The notes beneath the pieces were generated by a model. That model did not search any database, was not told the DNA's origin, and worked only from the letters and a program-made list of their open reading frames with translations. A program made the position numbers and the translations under genes. This document shows positions 13,701 through 25,544 of a stretch of DNA of 56,647 bases, in pieces. The stretch is from Phoronis australis (taxonomy: Eukaryota > Animalia > Phoronida): contig NMRA01000257.1 in NCBI GenBank assembly GCA_002633005.1, positions 534,410 through 591,056 on the forward strand, read 5' to 3'. Positions within the stretch are counted from its first letter, which is position 1, and each line of letters opens with the position of its first letter.

Positions 13701-16700
13701 AACCCGATTATGTTGCAAGAACTTTTGAAGTGCTCAAGGTAACCACTGTAAGTCTATTTCGCTCGTTTCTTGCTGCGTCAAACCTATACATGTGTATCTA
13801 CACATTTGCTTATGCCATGTTTCTTACATGCACACACACTGTCCTCATGACATCAAGTGATTCTACTGGTTGGTTGTCCAACCTCACGAAATCTGGCACA
13901 GACTGTCCCAGGAAAGTGTACATGTATAGTTGTACATGTATATGCCACTATTTTACGGTTCTCAATGTAGTACTCGTCACACTTCAGACATGCCATCTGT
14001 CTCTGTGTTTCCAACAGCCAAAACAAAACCAAGCTAGGGAACTAGTCCACTATCACTTCACATCTTGGGCGGATCACGATGTGCCGAAGAGTTCAGCTCT
14101 GTGGAAGTTCTACCGCATGGTCAAGGGACGTATGAGTCGTGACGGAGACAAACGCCCAACGGTCGTTCACTGCAGGTTTGAGGACGTGTTTCATTATTCA
14201 TGTTGAACTCAGTTACACAGTCATGACGGCTAACGACGCGTACGAAGTACTTAAAGAGCACCCTGTTTGATTATCGAATAATTTTGGAGGAAGGAAATGA
14301 AACTTGGAAGCTGTCAAACCCGATGTTGTACGACTTCTAAAATAAGTCGCAGCCACTTGGGTACAAATCTGGGAATCAATGTGTTTTTTTTTTTTTGTTG
14401 CGATTATCTAGAACTTTTTATTGTTCATGCCCATATGGTAACAAGGCTAACTTTGAACTACATTGAATTCGGTAAGCGACAGCTTATGGCATCTTCTAAG
14501 TTATTTTAGTATGTCCATTTGTAATGACCGTATTTGAAGCTAATATTCTCGGTTTGACCACATTTCAAGTCAGTGATTATGTCCAACACAACATACTATC
14601 ATGTTTACTTTAAGTGCTGGCGTAGGCAGGACTGGTACATTCATCATGATGGACATATTATGTGAACAGATACAAGCTGAGAATGTCGTCGACATTCTGG
14701 GACAATTGTATTTGCTGCGACAACAGAGAGTTAACATGGTACACACCTGGGTATGTCATTAGCGTTGTACGCTCAATTGGCACCGTGGGTGTGAAACTGA
14801 AGTTGCTCAATCTTAAGGTGGTTTTAAAGTGCTTACAACCAACAGTTACCTTGGTTTGATAAGTGACTAAATGGTCAGCATGAATTCCCTTAAAAGACTG
14901 CAGGTCATAAAGACGAGATAAAGAAGAAAAGCGACTTTAATTGAAAGTTCCTTGGATCCACGGACATGAGTGTTACGTCACGATCAACAGCACGCGAGTT
15001 TCTTGTACAATTGTGCGCTGATACGTTGTAAAATGTGACAATTTCGTAAAATCTACCAAGTGTGCCTTTTCTGAATTTCGGGAACAGAAATGTGAGAAAT
15101 GTGCATTTTTACACAAAATTTGTCTCTAAATCAGTCACTTTTTTGTCCAAGCCCACTCTCTAAACGGGTAGGTATTCAGATTTTCCTAGCGGCACACCTC
15201 CACCAAAAATACTCGATTACTCCCTGGCCATGTCCGATAGCACCTATTCATGATTTTGTTCATTTTCTTTGTAATATGACGTTGGTTTCATAAAAGTAAC
15301 AATGACGTAAAATGGCTTGATACCTGACTATATTGTCACCACCAACTCCCTTATAACACTGCATATTATACGAACGAGAGAAAAGAAGAAAAGCGATTTT
15401 AATTGAAAGTTTCTTGGCTCCATGGACATGAGTGTTACATACGAGCGTATTCTGCGCTACTTTTTCATGTTCAACTCTGTGTCTCGCGCGAAATTTATAA
15501 CAGCAACAGCATTCTCAAATACTGTGTCGTCACAACCACAACAAACGAAGCATCTCATCATTATTTACTATACCGTAATACGAAAAGCAATATCTGACCA
15601 CTTGTTTCACTGAAAACAACGAAAGATGACTAATGTGGCATTGGTAGTCCCGATTATACGTTGCAGTCATCGACCAATAAATGCTCATAACTCGAAATCA
15701 GCTAATTTGCATATCGCGAGCTAGTCCTTGCGGGTGTTCAAGTTTGACAACTGATGAACAGGTGGGGCTGTTTTTGGTGTTTTGATATGAAATGGGTGAG
15801 TTTCAGCACCTTAAGCAAAAAGGAGTTGAAAAGTTCCGTAATCCACGCCCCTTAAAGGTACATGTAAATGTTTATCCTTAATAGTCAGTCAAGCAAAATA
15901 TGTTTCAAACGTTGGATAGTTGTAGCAAAAGAGTTTACGCCAAGTCAATCATTTCGGGTCCGCGCAAGTGAAATAATGTCAAAAGGTCATCATTAAGGGC
16001 TGACCAACCCCTAATCAAATTATAACGCTTTTTACTAGTTGAAGACGATATATGATTATATACATGTTCATGATCAGTTTGCTGGAGTTAGGAACATCAG
16101 GGCATTTCGTTTCTTATAGTGAAGTCCGCGGGACAGAGTCGTCGTTTTGCCTCTGCCTCTCTCACACATGCCTGAATATGCAACTTAAATATGGATGACT
16201 GTGTGTTAGGTACAATTTTCTATCGTAATTCAACATTTCAATTGCTACACTGTTACTTTCCAGTAAGGACCATTTGGCAATTTATCGATCAGTAATATCT
16301 CAAAAACCTCGAGCCATACTCGAGGTTTTGAATTGTGCGTACTCATTTGTTATCCAATTTTTAATCCTGGTGCATCACCTTGAAGTTACAGAATCTATAT
16401 AACCGTTTTTGGACTCACATTTTTTCAGAGTCAGTACGAATTCATCCATGTTGCCATGGTTGAAAACATTTACGGCGGGGACACGTTCATTCCATCAAAA
16501 GATTACGAGAACGCTCTTTCCGAGCTGTTCACAGAGGAGCAAACCAAAAGGGTAAACACTCTACAAGATGAGTTCCAGGTAAGGTTCTTTTCACCAGCAT
16601 CGTTGGATTCCTTGAATGACAAGTACAGTGTACTCGTTTAAGCTACGGGAGGTTCATTGTCCGCACTGGAAAAAGTCAGAAAAATATAATTTAATCCCTC

Positions 16701-19700
16701 ACGTACATGCCAACAATTTTATGCTCTAACAATAGCGCTTTTGTAAAAAAAAATCACGCAAAACACAGAACTGACAAAAACGAGCCAAAATAGTGTCAAG
16801 TGTCAAAATGCATTGCATGTACTTACTTACCTGTTAGAAGCTCTTACATCTAGTAACTGTGAGCGTTCCTTTTCACTCCTTCGTAACTCATTTGGGCCAA
16901 TTGAGCAAATCTCGTTATATGAGATTATTTCGAAAAAAGAGGTTGCCAATAAAACTCTAAATACAGTACTTATTAACAGACGGGTGACGTGTTTAGTAAA
17001 AGCCAAAGCGAAAGGTTTGCGTATTAATCACCGTACGTATCATTTTGGCGCTACGCCTTACCACTACAGAAAGGACAAAGATGTGTAGCAAATACGTAAT
17101 TCCTGTATTGGCTGACATGTGTGTCCTCAACTACTATACTGCACTAACAAGTGTGTTCTGAAATTATAGTCTTTCTCAAGTATGCAGAATTAGTTTTATG
17201 GAGGAAAATTGGGACTTCAGTCTTGTATGCACGTCACCATTTCTTGCTTTGATCACAAAAACAAGTATGATGATCAACTGTTGTAAATTTTTTATAGAGG
17301 CTGAAGGCTTTCAGTTTCGTTTTCAGACCCTTCGACGTCTCTGCCCCTGTTGTGACTCAGAAGAATACGGCGCAGGAAGACTTCCACAGAATACAAACAA
17401 GAATCGCTTCTCCAAGATTTTGCCTCGTAAGTTATTCCTATGCAATATGTCGAGATAAATATTTTGGTGATCTGCTGACCAATGTAACATATTCTCAATC
17501 CTGTATCATTCCAAAGGAATGTAAAACTCAGTCAAACATGTAATTTGTTGTATTTGTCCCAGTGATTTTCTTCCTGGTTTCCGTCAATATTTTAATTGAT
17601 ATTGCAAAAATTCTCCGCAGTGAGTCGTGCACGTCCATACTTAATGACCCCTGGTGAAGAAGGCGGAACAGATTATATCAACGCCGTCTTCGTCAACGTA
17701 AGTAACAGGGCTTAAGTGTGGTCGTCATCGATCAATACAACACTAACGTTTAGCTTATGCGACAAAACTTAAGTCAGTTCTGAACTTGATGGGCATGCGG
17801 TGAGTCGAGCGATATAATAGAGTAATTTTTAGATGATGGTGTGCGTGTTTACGTCAATGCTATCTGAAGCTTGATGATAGAACTTGCTGCAGTTGTGTGG
17901 GTATCGTATGCTTCAAATTACAAAGTGTATTTTCAAGGTAACATTGTCATCATTGTTTTGCTGTGAATTGTAACCATGTTGATACATGAAAAGAATTCGA
18001 CGTTTTGTTAAATAGTCAAATGTTACAGGGCTTTCAACATCGCGACGCGTTCATAGTAACACAGATGCCTTTGCCGAACACTGTCTTCGATTTCTGGCGA
18101 ATGATTTACGATCACGACAGTAGCACCATTGTCATGTTGAACGCTAGTGCAGATGGTGACAAGGTAAATACGTTCTGATGTGTATTGTATTTGTTATATC
18201 AGTTCTGCTGATGTTTTTGTGTCCTGGTTTCGGTTCAAGTTTGTCCAAGGTTGTCAATTACTTCACGAGATTTTAGTTTCTAAAATGCGAATGTCTATGT
18301 CTGTATTGGACTATGGTCCCTTTGTACCCAAAATCCTTTGATTTATGTACTTCGAACAAGTGATATGAAAATGATAATTCAACGAACATCCTTTTTAGTC
18401 CAAAGGCCCAATTGTTTGATCTGTCGGTCATTTGAGCTATTGACCTAGATCCCCTTCAACAACATGGGAATATGATCACGCGCACATGCTCTATTTTACG
18501 TTGTAGACTTGCGCACGTTACTGGGCTGAAGAGGGCGCTGTTAAGTATGGTCACTTCAGAATTGAGACTGCGGCTAAAAGGTTCGAGCACAACGAGCTTA
18601 TAATTCACAGAACTTTTAACATCGTAGATACAAAGAAGGTATGGACTCCTTGATAAAGTTTGAGTCTAATATTGGATTAAAAACTTACAAAAATTTGCGA
18701 CGTTGCGTCTGCATCTCACGGACTTCAGCTTGGCTTGTGACGTTATTGTTATTCTGGCCAATGGGTGGCGTTTTGACCAGACGGCGCGGCACTGACCTCA
18801 GTACACAATTCCATACGTGTGACAATTCGAATCTTAAACCGCCTCTTTTATTTAAAGAGGGACTCTCAGTGCGCTAATGGAGGGCTTCCTTTACACCCCT
18901 TCATGCTTTTTGTAAGAAGTCCTTCACCAATGGGTTGCCATAGAAGCTGTCAGTTGAAAGTATTTCAAGTATAGAAACTACTCTGCAATAGGATACTTAA
19001 CACATGTTGAAGAAATGTTCATAGCCCATGCTCCCAATGAAACCATTTGTTTCAGTTATAACATTCGTTGTGAAAATAAGGGCGGCATGTTTAAACTTAA
19101 TCTGTTAGAATTCTACTATAAGATGAAAAAGTATAGTCGTGACATACTGTTTATCTTTAACGCCAATAAACCCACTTGAAGAACAAATTATCCATTAATT
19201 AACCATACATGTACAAACGTCATGTTTTGTCCATATCGATTCCTTCTTTTTAAGGTACATTTCATAGAATGATCGAGTTTCCAAAAGTTTTTTTTCTACC
19301 AAAAATAATTTCTCTAAAATTAGGTGCCATTTTCTTGATTTTCAACATTGCCCACACTCACATAGTAATTAGATTCTTCTAGAAAAGTTCCAAAGTAAAC
19401 CTACAGTGCATGTCCCCTAGTATGCTTCTACAGATCTCCTTTATGCTTACGTGAACGTAAGATGTGATTATTTCAGACAAACAGTCCACCTCGTCAAATT
19501 AAGCATTTTGAACTAACCAACTGGCCGAAGAATCAAAAGATACCACCTTCTGCCACTCAGCCTGCATTGATAGAGCTCTACGACCTAGTACAGAACAGGC
19601 AACGGAAAACTGAGTCCAAGCCAGTCACCGTGCATTGTCTGTGAGTTAACCACTTAAGGCTAACCAATGCTCCATGCACTTCTTCGGTTGTGTGTGTAAC

Positions 19701-22250
19701 GGTTTCATTCGCTCCATGGAAAATATATTGTATAGCAGTACACTCTACTCAATTAGACATAGCCTTGACAGAAAGCTTGTTGATTGATGATAGATTAAAT
19801 TGACCAGCCGCTGGAAAAGTCTTTCAAGCTATGTATGCTCTGGTAATGAGGCTACTGGCAGGGAATTCTCGTTTAAAGTTTTCTAAATAGCTACCCGACC
19901 TCGGATGTATGTTGAATTACCGTGCGCGGCGCTGTTTGTTTAGAGTGAAATTGTTACTCATCTACCAGTGGCGGATCTACGTTTTCAGCAAGGGGGGTTT
20001 AGGATTCCCGCCAAGGTCGAATCCTAGGCGTGTGGCGCCGAGCGGGGGAGGTCGGGAGGGGGGTTTCCCCTCCCGTGTAAGATATTTTTTTGTTTTTGTA
20101 GCCAAATAGTGAAATTTCCATGCATCCTGGTAAGTTTATGGCACTTAACATGTCTCTGTAGTTTTTTTTTTTTTAAGATAATTAAAAACCCTTCTCGATT
20201 TCGTCACATGAACTTGGCACATAAGTTTCGTGAAACTATATTGTGCACATCTGGGCATGAGTCACGCCACCAGCAAAAATTTTTGTTGGAACATCTGCTT
20301 ACACACACCTTTTCAGCATACGAAAAGTCGTATACGAAAAAGTGTGGTGTGCATACAGGGGTTAAGACAATTTCCAAATATTCAAGAGCATAATTAAGGA
20401 GCACCGACGGGGCGTAAAAACTCTTGAATATCATATGATCGCGAAACAGCAGCCTCAAGTTGTTTAAGAACGAAGACCTTTACTGTTAGCCCGGAAATAA
20501 ACATGTGTTCTGTCTCGTTACGACAAAAACTGGCGAACCATCGTGCTCACAACTCATAGTCTATTATCAGAAGCGACAATAAATAATTAGGTATCACTTT
20601 ATTAAGCTGAATCACGTTGACAACAATTGAAAAACGTCAAATCTATCAGGAAACAAATCATCTGAAAACAGTTTCACGAAACCAAAACATCCTGTGCACA
20701 GTGGTGAAAAGATACACTGGACTAGTTTGCAGAGGGACCAGATGTACATGTACACTGAGAGTACACAAGAAGCTGACCTGGTCCGTCACGAGACCAAGAG
20801 TACACCTGTGCTTATTATCCCTATACAAATAGTCGATCTGTCGCGGGACCAAACAGTACTGACTGAGATAAATAGTTTTACAAAGCACACTTTGGTAAAA
20901 AAAATCACAAGACTAGTTTGCCGAGGGACCAGAAGTACACTGAAACTCAACATCTACACAAATCAAGCTGGCCTGGTCCGTCGCGAGACCTAAAGTGTAC
21001 TATGCAAAAAAATTTTGAATTGAAAACTTCTCTCTAAAATTTTAATCCCCAGTGGCTACTCATACGTTAGTCTTATCCTTCTGTTGTCTAGACTGCCGAG
21101 GAATTCGTATATCGGATCCAATGATTTGCTCGTCTTGGAACCATTCTACCCACATATCTTCGATGTTTGTTCCCAACGCTTGCACTTCGTCAACTGCTGT
21201 GTCAATGAGCTTGTAAGCCTCTAAGTTGGTTTACTTGGGGCTTACACACGCTGTCGGTGCCGTTTTTGTTTCGCTGGAGACGTTTTTGTTTTTTTTTTAA
21301 TTTTTGGGTCCTGGCCAGAGGGGGGGGGGGTTTAAACCCCGTGAACCCCCCCCCCCCGTAGATCCGCCACTGTCTACTGTCATTGTGTGACTGTTTTTTC
21401 CTGTGTGCAGGGACGGTTGTTTGCGTAGCGGTTTCTTTTGCTCCATGGCGAATCTGTTCGATAAGATCAAAGTAGAACAAGGCGTCGATGTCTTCCAAAC
21501 CGTGAAGAGTGCCAGGTTGAACAGACCAGAGTTCGTACCCGAAATTGTAAGTACCAGTTTCAACTTAAGCGCTGTTTTTTTCATAAAGTCCTGCCTGCAT
21601 TGTTGTGACAGTATGCGTAATAAGATGCAGTACGCATATGTAAAGATTTCAGCTACTACGAAAGAGTTACTGTTTTTGATAAAGCTGTAGACGTATATGT
21701 AGTTATCCATTTGGTTTCTTGCCTTAAATACGCGAAATCTGACTGAATTGCAGCAATTGGTGTACTGGTAAGTGCCCTTCCCAGTCAGACTTTTGCACTC
21801 TATGCATAGTTAACTGTCGCCATAAGCATCATTTTGCGAGACCATATTCACTGGAGTGAACTGGTTCACAACACTTTGCATTGCAAGTGGTGACATCATG
21901 ATGGCGACGGGACATTTCCAAAGTTGCATGTGTCTCAACCAAGATAGTTTTTGATTATTTGTCGATTATTATTGCTCGACTTTTCTGTCCCATGTTTCAC
22001 AAACATGTTAATTGCTCGCTTCAGTTTCGTCCCATCGTCAAAGTTAAATCGGTTTACTATGTGTTGAAGCCAGTGATTGGGGTGCAGGCAATTAGGATAC
22101 TTGTATGAATTGGACATTCTTACTGGAGGTATGAACGTGGCTTCGTCATTTTTCTTATTTTCGAACTTTTTTCAGGAACAGTACAAGTCCCTTTACTTGA
22201 TGGCTCAGCGGTTTTTGGAGTCCTTTGAAACTTACGCGAACTTCCAGTGA
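1461..22250 (+). CDS. Gene 1: receptor-type protein tyrosine phosphatase, 5'-truncated by the window (FN3 x3, juxtamembrane FN3-like domain, TM, PTP D1, PTP D2); 25 coding exons in window
   Basis: Phase-consistent GT-AG exon chain. Motifs: [40 protein letters not shown] (D1); [23 protein letters not shown] (D2); ends [10 protein letters not shown]-stop. Confidence 0.95.
3257..3507 (+). CDS. Gene 1 exon: FN3 (first part, Cys-rich insert)
   Basis: tcgcag|..|gtaggt; [27 protein letters not shown]. Confidence 0.9.
3892..3958 (+). CDS. Gene 1 exon: FN3 (end)
   Basis: tttacag|..|gtgaat; [22 protein letters not shown]. Confidence 0.88.
4468..4577 (+). CDS. Gene 1 exon: FN3 (first part)
   Basis: tttcag|..|gtaact; [30 protein letters not shown]. 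Confidence 0.9.
5188..5350 (+). CDS. Gene 1 exon: FN3 (end)
   Basis: tttcag|..|gtaaag; [25 protein letters not shown]. Confidence 0.88.
5522..5722. mobile_element. Small MITE in gene 1 intron
   Basis: TIR catgcgcgcaccc / gggtgcgcgcatg; flanked by tact on both sides. Confidence 0.75.
6924..7032 (+). CDS. Gene 1 exon: membrane-proximal FN3-like domain start
   Basis: ttttccag|..|gtaagg; [20 protein letters not shown]; phases 1/2 fit neighbours. Confidence 0.8.
7776..9070 (+). mobile_element. Non-autonomous Helentron (HINE/DINE-1-like) element with internal tandem array
   Basis: 5' ttttatgcgcc and 3' gggcgcat sub-terminal inverted repeats; 5' hairpin; (GTCC)n microsatellite; about 8 units of roughly 140-160 bp marked by a (c)tagtggc-type motif. 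Confidence 0.7.
9465..9720 (+). CDS. Gene 1 exon: membrane-proximal domain with furin-type site
   Basis: tttcag|..|gtaagt; [35 protein letters not shown], typical RPTP juxtamembrane ectodomain. Confidence 0.92.
9914..9977 (+). CDS. Gene 1 short exon
   Basis: attcag|..|gtacag; [21 protein letters not shown]; phases 0/1 fit. Confidence 0.7.
10946..11051 (+). CDS. Gene 1 exon: transmembrane helix
   Basis: ctttatag|..|gtaagc; [24 protein letters not shown]. Confidence 0.9.
11618..11697 (+). CDS. Gene 1 exon: stop-transfer and juxtamembrane region
   Basis: tttgtag|..|gttagt; [18 protein letters not shown]; donor position less certain. Confidence 0.75.
11995..12197 (+). CDS. Gene 1 exon: Pro-rich juxtamembrane and wedge region
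   Basis: atccag|..|gtgggt; [41 protein letters not shown]. Confidence 0.88.
12293..12428. repeat. (TG)n/(TGCG)n microsatellite
   Basis: Seen directly. Confidence 0.9.
12879..12966 (+). CDS. Gene 1 exon: PTP D1 motif 1
   Basis: ttttag|..|gtacgt; [12 protein letters not shown]. Confidence 0.92.
13120..13233 (+). CDS. Gene 1 exon: PTP D1 motifs 2-4
   Basis: ttacag|..|gtaagc; [23 protein letters not shown]. Confidence 0.95.
13340..13437 (+). CDS. Gene 1 exon: PTP D1 motifs 5-6
   Basis: ttctag|..|gtgagt; [17 protein letters not shown]. Confidence 0.95.
13616..13738 (+). CDS. Gene 1 exon: PTP D1 motif 7
   Basis: tttaag|..|gtaacc; KCEVYWP..YGDINV. Confidence 0.95.
14018..14175 (+). CDS. Gene 1 exon: PTP D1 WPD loop to HC
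   Basis: caacag|..|gtttga; [20 protein letters not shown]. Confidence 0.95.
14615..14750 (+). CDS. Gene 1 exon: PTP D1 P-loop and Q-loop
   Basis: tttaag|..|gtatgt; [23 protein letters not shown]. Confidence 0.95.
16429..16578 (+). CDS. Gene 1 exon: D1 end and D1-D2 linker
   Basis: tttcag|..|gtaagg; [23 protein letters not shown]. Confidence 0.93.
17327..17426 (+). CDS. Gene 1 exon: PTP D2 start
   Basis: tttcag|..|gtaagt; [17 protein letters not shown]. Confidence 0.92.
17621..17697 (+). CDS. Gene 1 exon: PTP D2
   Basis: ccgcag|..|gtaagt; [17 protein letters not shown]. Confidence 0.93.
18029..18163 (+). CDS. Gene 1 exon: PTP D2
   Basis: ttacag|..|gtaaat; [28 protein letters not shown]. 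Confidence 0.95.
18507..18638 (+). CDS. Gene 1 exon: PTP D2
   Basis: ttgtag|..|gtatgg; [17 protein letters not shown]. Confidence 0.93.
19477..19640 (+). CDS. Gene 1 exon: PTP D2
   Basis: tttcag|..|gtgagt; [23 protein letters not shown]. Confidence 0.93.
19966..21372. mobile_element. Non-autonomous DNA transposon (hAT-like TIR, 5-bp TSD)
   Basis: Perfect 15-bp TIR cagtggcggatctac / gtagatccgccactg; TSD tctac both sides; internal sub-repeats at about 20690-21000. Confidence 0.85.
21411..21546 (+). CDS. Gene 1 exon: PTP D2 P-loop
   Basis: gtgcag|..|gtaagt; [28 protein letters not shown]. Confidence 0.94.
22176..22250 (+). CDS. Gene 1 last coding exon
   Basis: tttcag| [27 protein letters not shown]. 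Confidence 0.94.
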   Translation, partial: EQYKSLYLMAQRFLESFETYANFQ

Positions 22251-22726
22251 GGGAAAACATTTCCTACGGCAAGAAGACAATCACACACATGACTGTTTGT
22301 TTATCTCGCTACATGCTTCAGAAGTGCAGCGTGATTCAGTCTATGGAAGTTGATCAGCGGTTCCTCAGTCTGCTATAAAAGGGAGGGATGACCGTGCAAA
22401 AAAGTCAGCCTAGCTGAAACAAAGAAGGCGTGTGTGTTGTATATGTACCTTGTACGGATGACTTACTAGTTAAAATTTGTGTCGTAAGGTTTTGGATAAT
22501 GCTTTTAAATATAGAACTGGTATTGTGTGGTTCTTATGAAAATTACTTCGACAATATTCAAAGGAAACTGAGAAGTACGGTAAATTACTTTTTCAATTTA
22601 TAATGACGCCCCCTAATCCATCTTGTAGTTTTTATTGTGAGGAAGCATAGTCAAAGTGACATCATAAGACCAATCAAATTGGGTTCTTCTATCAATTTTA
22701 TCTGAAAATATATTAACCACTATAAC

Positions 22727-22732
22727 AATAAA
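22727..22732 (+). promoter_or_regulatory. Candidate polyadenylation signal of gene 1
   Basis: AATAAA about 480 bp downstream of the stop codon; other candidates lie further downstream. Confidence 0.3.
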
Positions 22733-25386
22733 ATGCCATAGAATATCGTACTATGTCATATATGCAAGAATTTATTTTTAATAAGCTTGACAGTTACGAT
22801 CACTCACATTCAGAGGTTTCTTGTTCTGTTTCTTTTTTGCAGGGTATTCGTTTTCAAAATGGTTATCACACTGTGTTGACTGCTTGCAGGTTTCGTACGC
22901 GTATGAATGAATGCAGTAAAATTTAGTATACACTGCACTAACCCTGAGCTTACATTATATTTAACACATTCCTTGTATAAAATATTTTGTATATTTTGAT
23001 TGACCTTGCCTCATGCATACTTGCCGGTAAAAATGCGAATGCTGTTAATTTGGCATGCGATTAAGTGATGAACATTGTCCTGTTTTGGGGTTAGAGATTT
23101 GCAAGAAATCGATCATCCAGGTCACCTGGTGGCTGTAAATGTAGTTATCGGTCATTCAGCTTTATTTGGTATTGGAATCGAGTAAAAAACTCGAAAACGA
23201 AACCTTTTGTTCAGAATTTTCACCATATTAATCTCTATGATACGTTTGCAATCACATGATATCGTACCTTTTTCTTTGCTTTCAAACGTTAGAGAAACGC
23301 ACGATTTGTCAGCTCCCCCACACCTGCGAGTTGTTACGTGGATGACTTTCGTTACTAAGAGACAATTTTCTGGAGGAAAATAAAAATTCTCATGACAACA
23401 CAAGTGTCTGGCTCACAAGGCAGGGCATTGACATGAGCGTTACAGCATCCACACTATGGAAAAATAGCTTCTCTGAGGGGCGTATTTATCCATGGTCCAT
23501 TTGAATATAACACAGCTACCAGTTTGTCCATTGTTTAATCGATTAGTGTACCTACATGTACATGTAATGTGATTTACGTGTTCATGAGTTCTTTACAACC
23601 AAATAATAAACAATGCTGCTTGTGCTGTTCATGTCCAATTTCGTTGGCGGAGACAAAACAGCATGTTGTCGATATCATACTGCACCAAGAACTCAAGGTA
23701 TTTGTGTGGATCTTTTCCTTCCGATTCCTTAACCCTGTTTTGGTGGTTTCACCAATAGGTGTCTCTCTCATCTGATGATGGTCTCCGAACATTCATCCAG
23801 AGAGCCCAGAAGAATGTTTTAATATAATCAAATCACTCCTACATGAGTGTTTGGGTGCACGTGTACTTTCATGTACAATGCGGCATGGACAATTCATCTA
23901 TTGGGTCTTTAATGATTTATAATATATAATATTCAAGAACGTTTGGACATTCAAAAAAGGATTTGCATTTTGATGAATGGGTATTGCCGAACCGAATAAC
24001 GCTAAGTGAAAGTTGGTAATAATGGCGGATTTAGATGGGGGCAAGGGGGCCATGCCTCCCCCCCTAAAATACTCCCAGATTTGGCAGTTTAGGGTGCGAA
24101 TTGCTGACTAGCAAATGCGCGTACCGAGGGGGNGACGATCTGCCCCAGGGTTATGAACACATTTCTAATTGTTTGGCTGGTTGACCTAGGTCATTGGTTT
24201 GTATGCATGTGTCGTCGAGCCCTGTGGTTTCCCATTTTTGCCTTGAATGTTTATTGTTTCTTTCAAAATATCCAGCTCCCAGTCCACTGAATGCAAACAA
24301 TTGCGATCACGCTTACAGAGATACAACAATATCATAATTAGCCTATAGCTTAATCGCTCGTCTGACAAGTAATTGGTACAACATAAATATGCAAAACGCA
24401 TACATGTTGTATGAATCGTTCAGTCACGTGAGCCTATCATTGGCGAAAAGGAAATAAATCATACAGTTAGCCTTCTCGCGGAGATATGCCGACTAACTCG
24501 GGCCGTGCGATAGGAATTCAGATCAGACGTCCAATCTCATCTGATGGTATGCAAACACCGCAGCCTCTACGTATACCGGTGATAGATCACACAAACAATT
24601 ATTTAAAATTTGATCACTAAATAACTTTGAACTACTGCTGTATTTCGTCCAGTTCAGCTACCTAAAACTAGACATTATTCTCCTAAACTGGCCTTATAGT
24701 ACTCCTTACCGTGGAAGCATTCCTTTTCCGGAACCAAATTACAGGCAATGCGTAAGTACGCCATTATCAAATTTGCGCAGTTCAGGTCGTTCTATGGTTT
24801 TAGCGTTCGTTTGTCGATTACACAATAGTTGTATACATGTATTTTTTTAGAATTTAAGCATATTCACCCATTTGTACTCACGTTCAACGGATAGGGGCCA
24901 TTTTCTGTGTTATTTACTTAAGAAAATTAGAAGAATGACTACTTTTGTTCCTGAGGCCGAGGTGACCTGGGGCCGACGGCCTGGATGGTGATTGATCCTC
25001 AAACTGATCCATTCAATTTTACCCAGCAGTCCTACAACAATCTGTGCTGGAAGAACTCTAAAATACAGATTAATCATTTTTACAAAATGTGCCACGACCA
25101 TGATTGGGCATTATTTGCATGGCAGCAAGATATCCCACTGCGCTACAGTTGAAAACGACCGGCTCTAATTAACTTTTTATCTGACTTGCAGGTTTTTTTA
25201 ATGTTTCAATAAAACGATTTTCAAAAGATTATAAGCTGTTGGCATAAAGATAAGGATATCTTATGGAACAAGACATCCGTCTTCGTTACCAGGACACTGA
25301 ACCGAAACAGCGTGAGTGGCTAATAACGCGAAGACATTACATTGTGGTAATGTAACGCTGGTATTAGCTGGAAGAGTGTCCTCATT

Positions 25387-25544
25387 CAGGGGTGAGTCCA
25401 TGATTTTGAAACGGGGGGCGGTTCCAGGACTTTTAAAAAGGGGGTCCAAATCAACAATTTTAAAAGTCTAGATTTGATATCACTAAGATCAAGGGGAAAG
25501 GGTAGCTAGACCCGCTTGTCCCCCACCCCCTGGATCCTCCTATG
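25387..25544. mobile_element. Degenerate short MITE of the CAGGGG/CATAGG-GGATCC type
   Basis: Imperfect TIRs caggggtgagtcca / tggatcctcctatg with G-runs; related ends at about 24022 and 41270. Confidence 0.45.

Noticed and set aside
13523-14206. 227-aa ORF as a single coding unit
   Set aside because: It is two PTP exons joined by a stop-free intron (13739-14017) with canonical splice sites; the intron translation has no PTP similarity.
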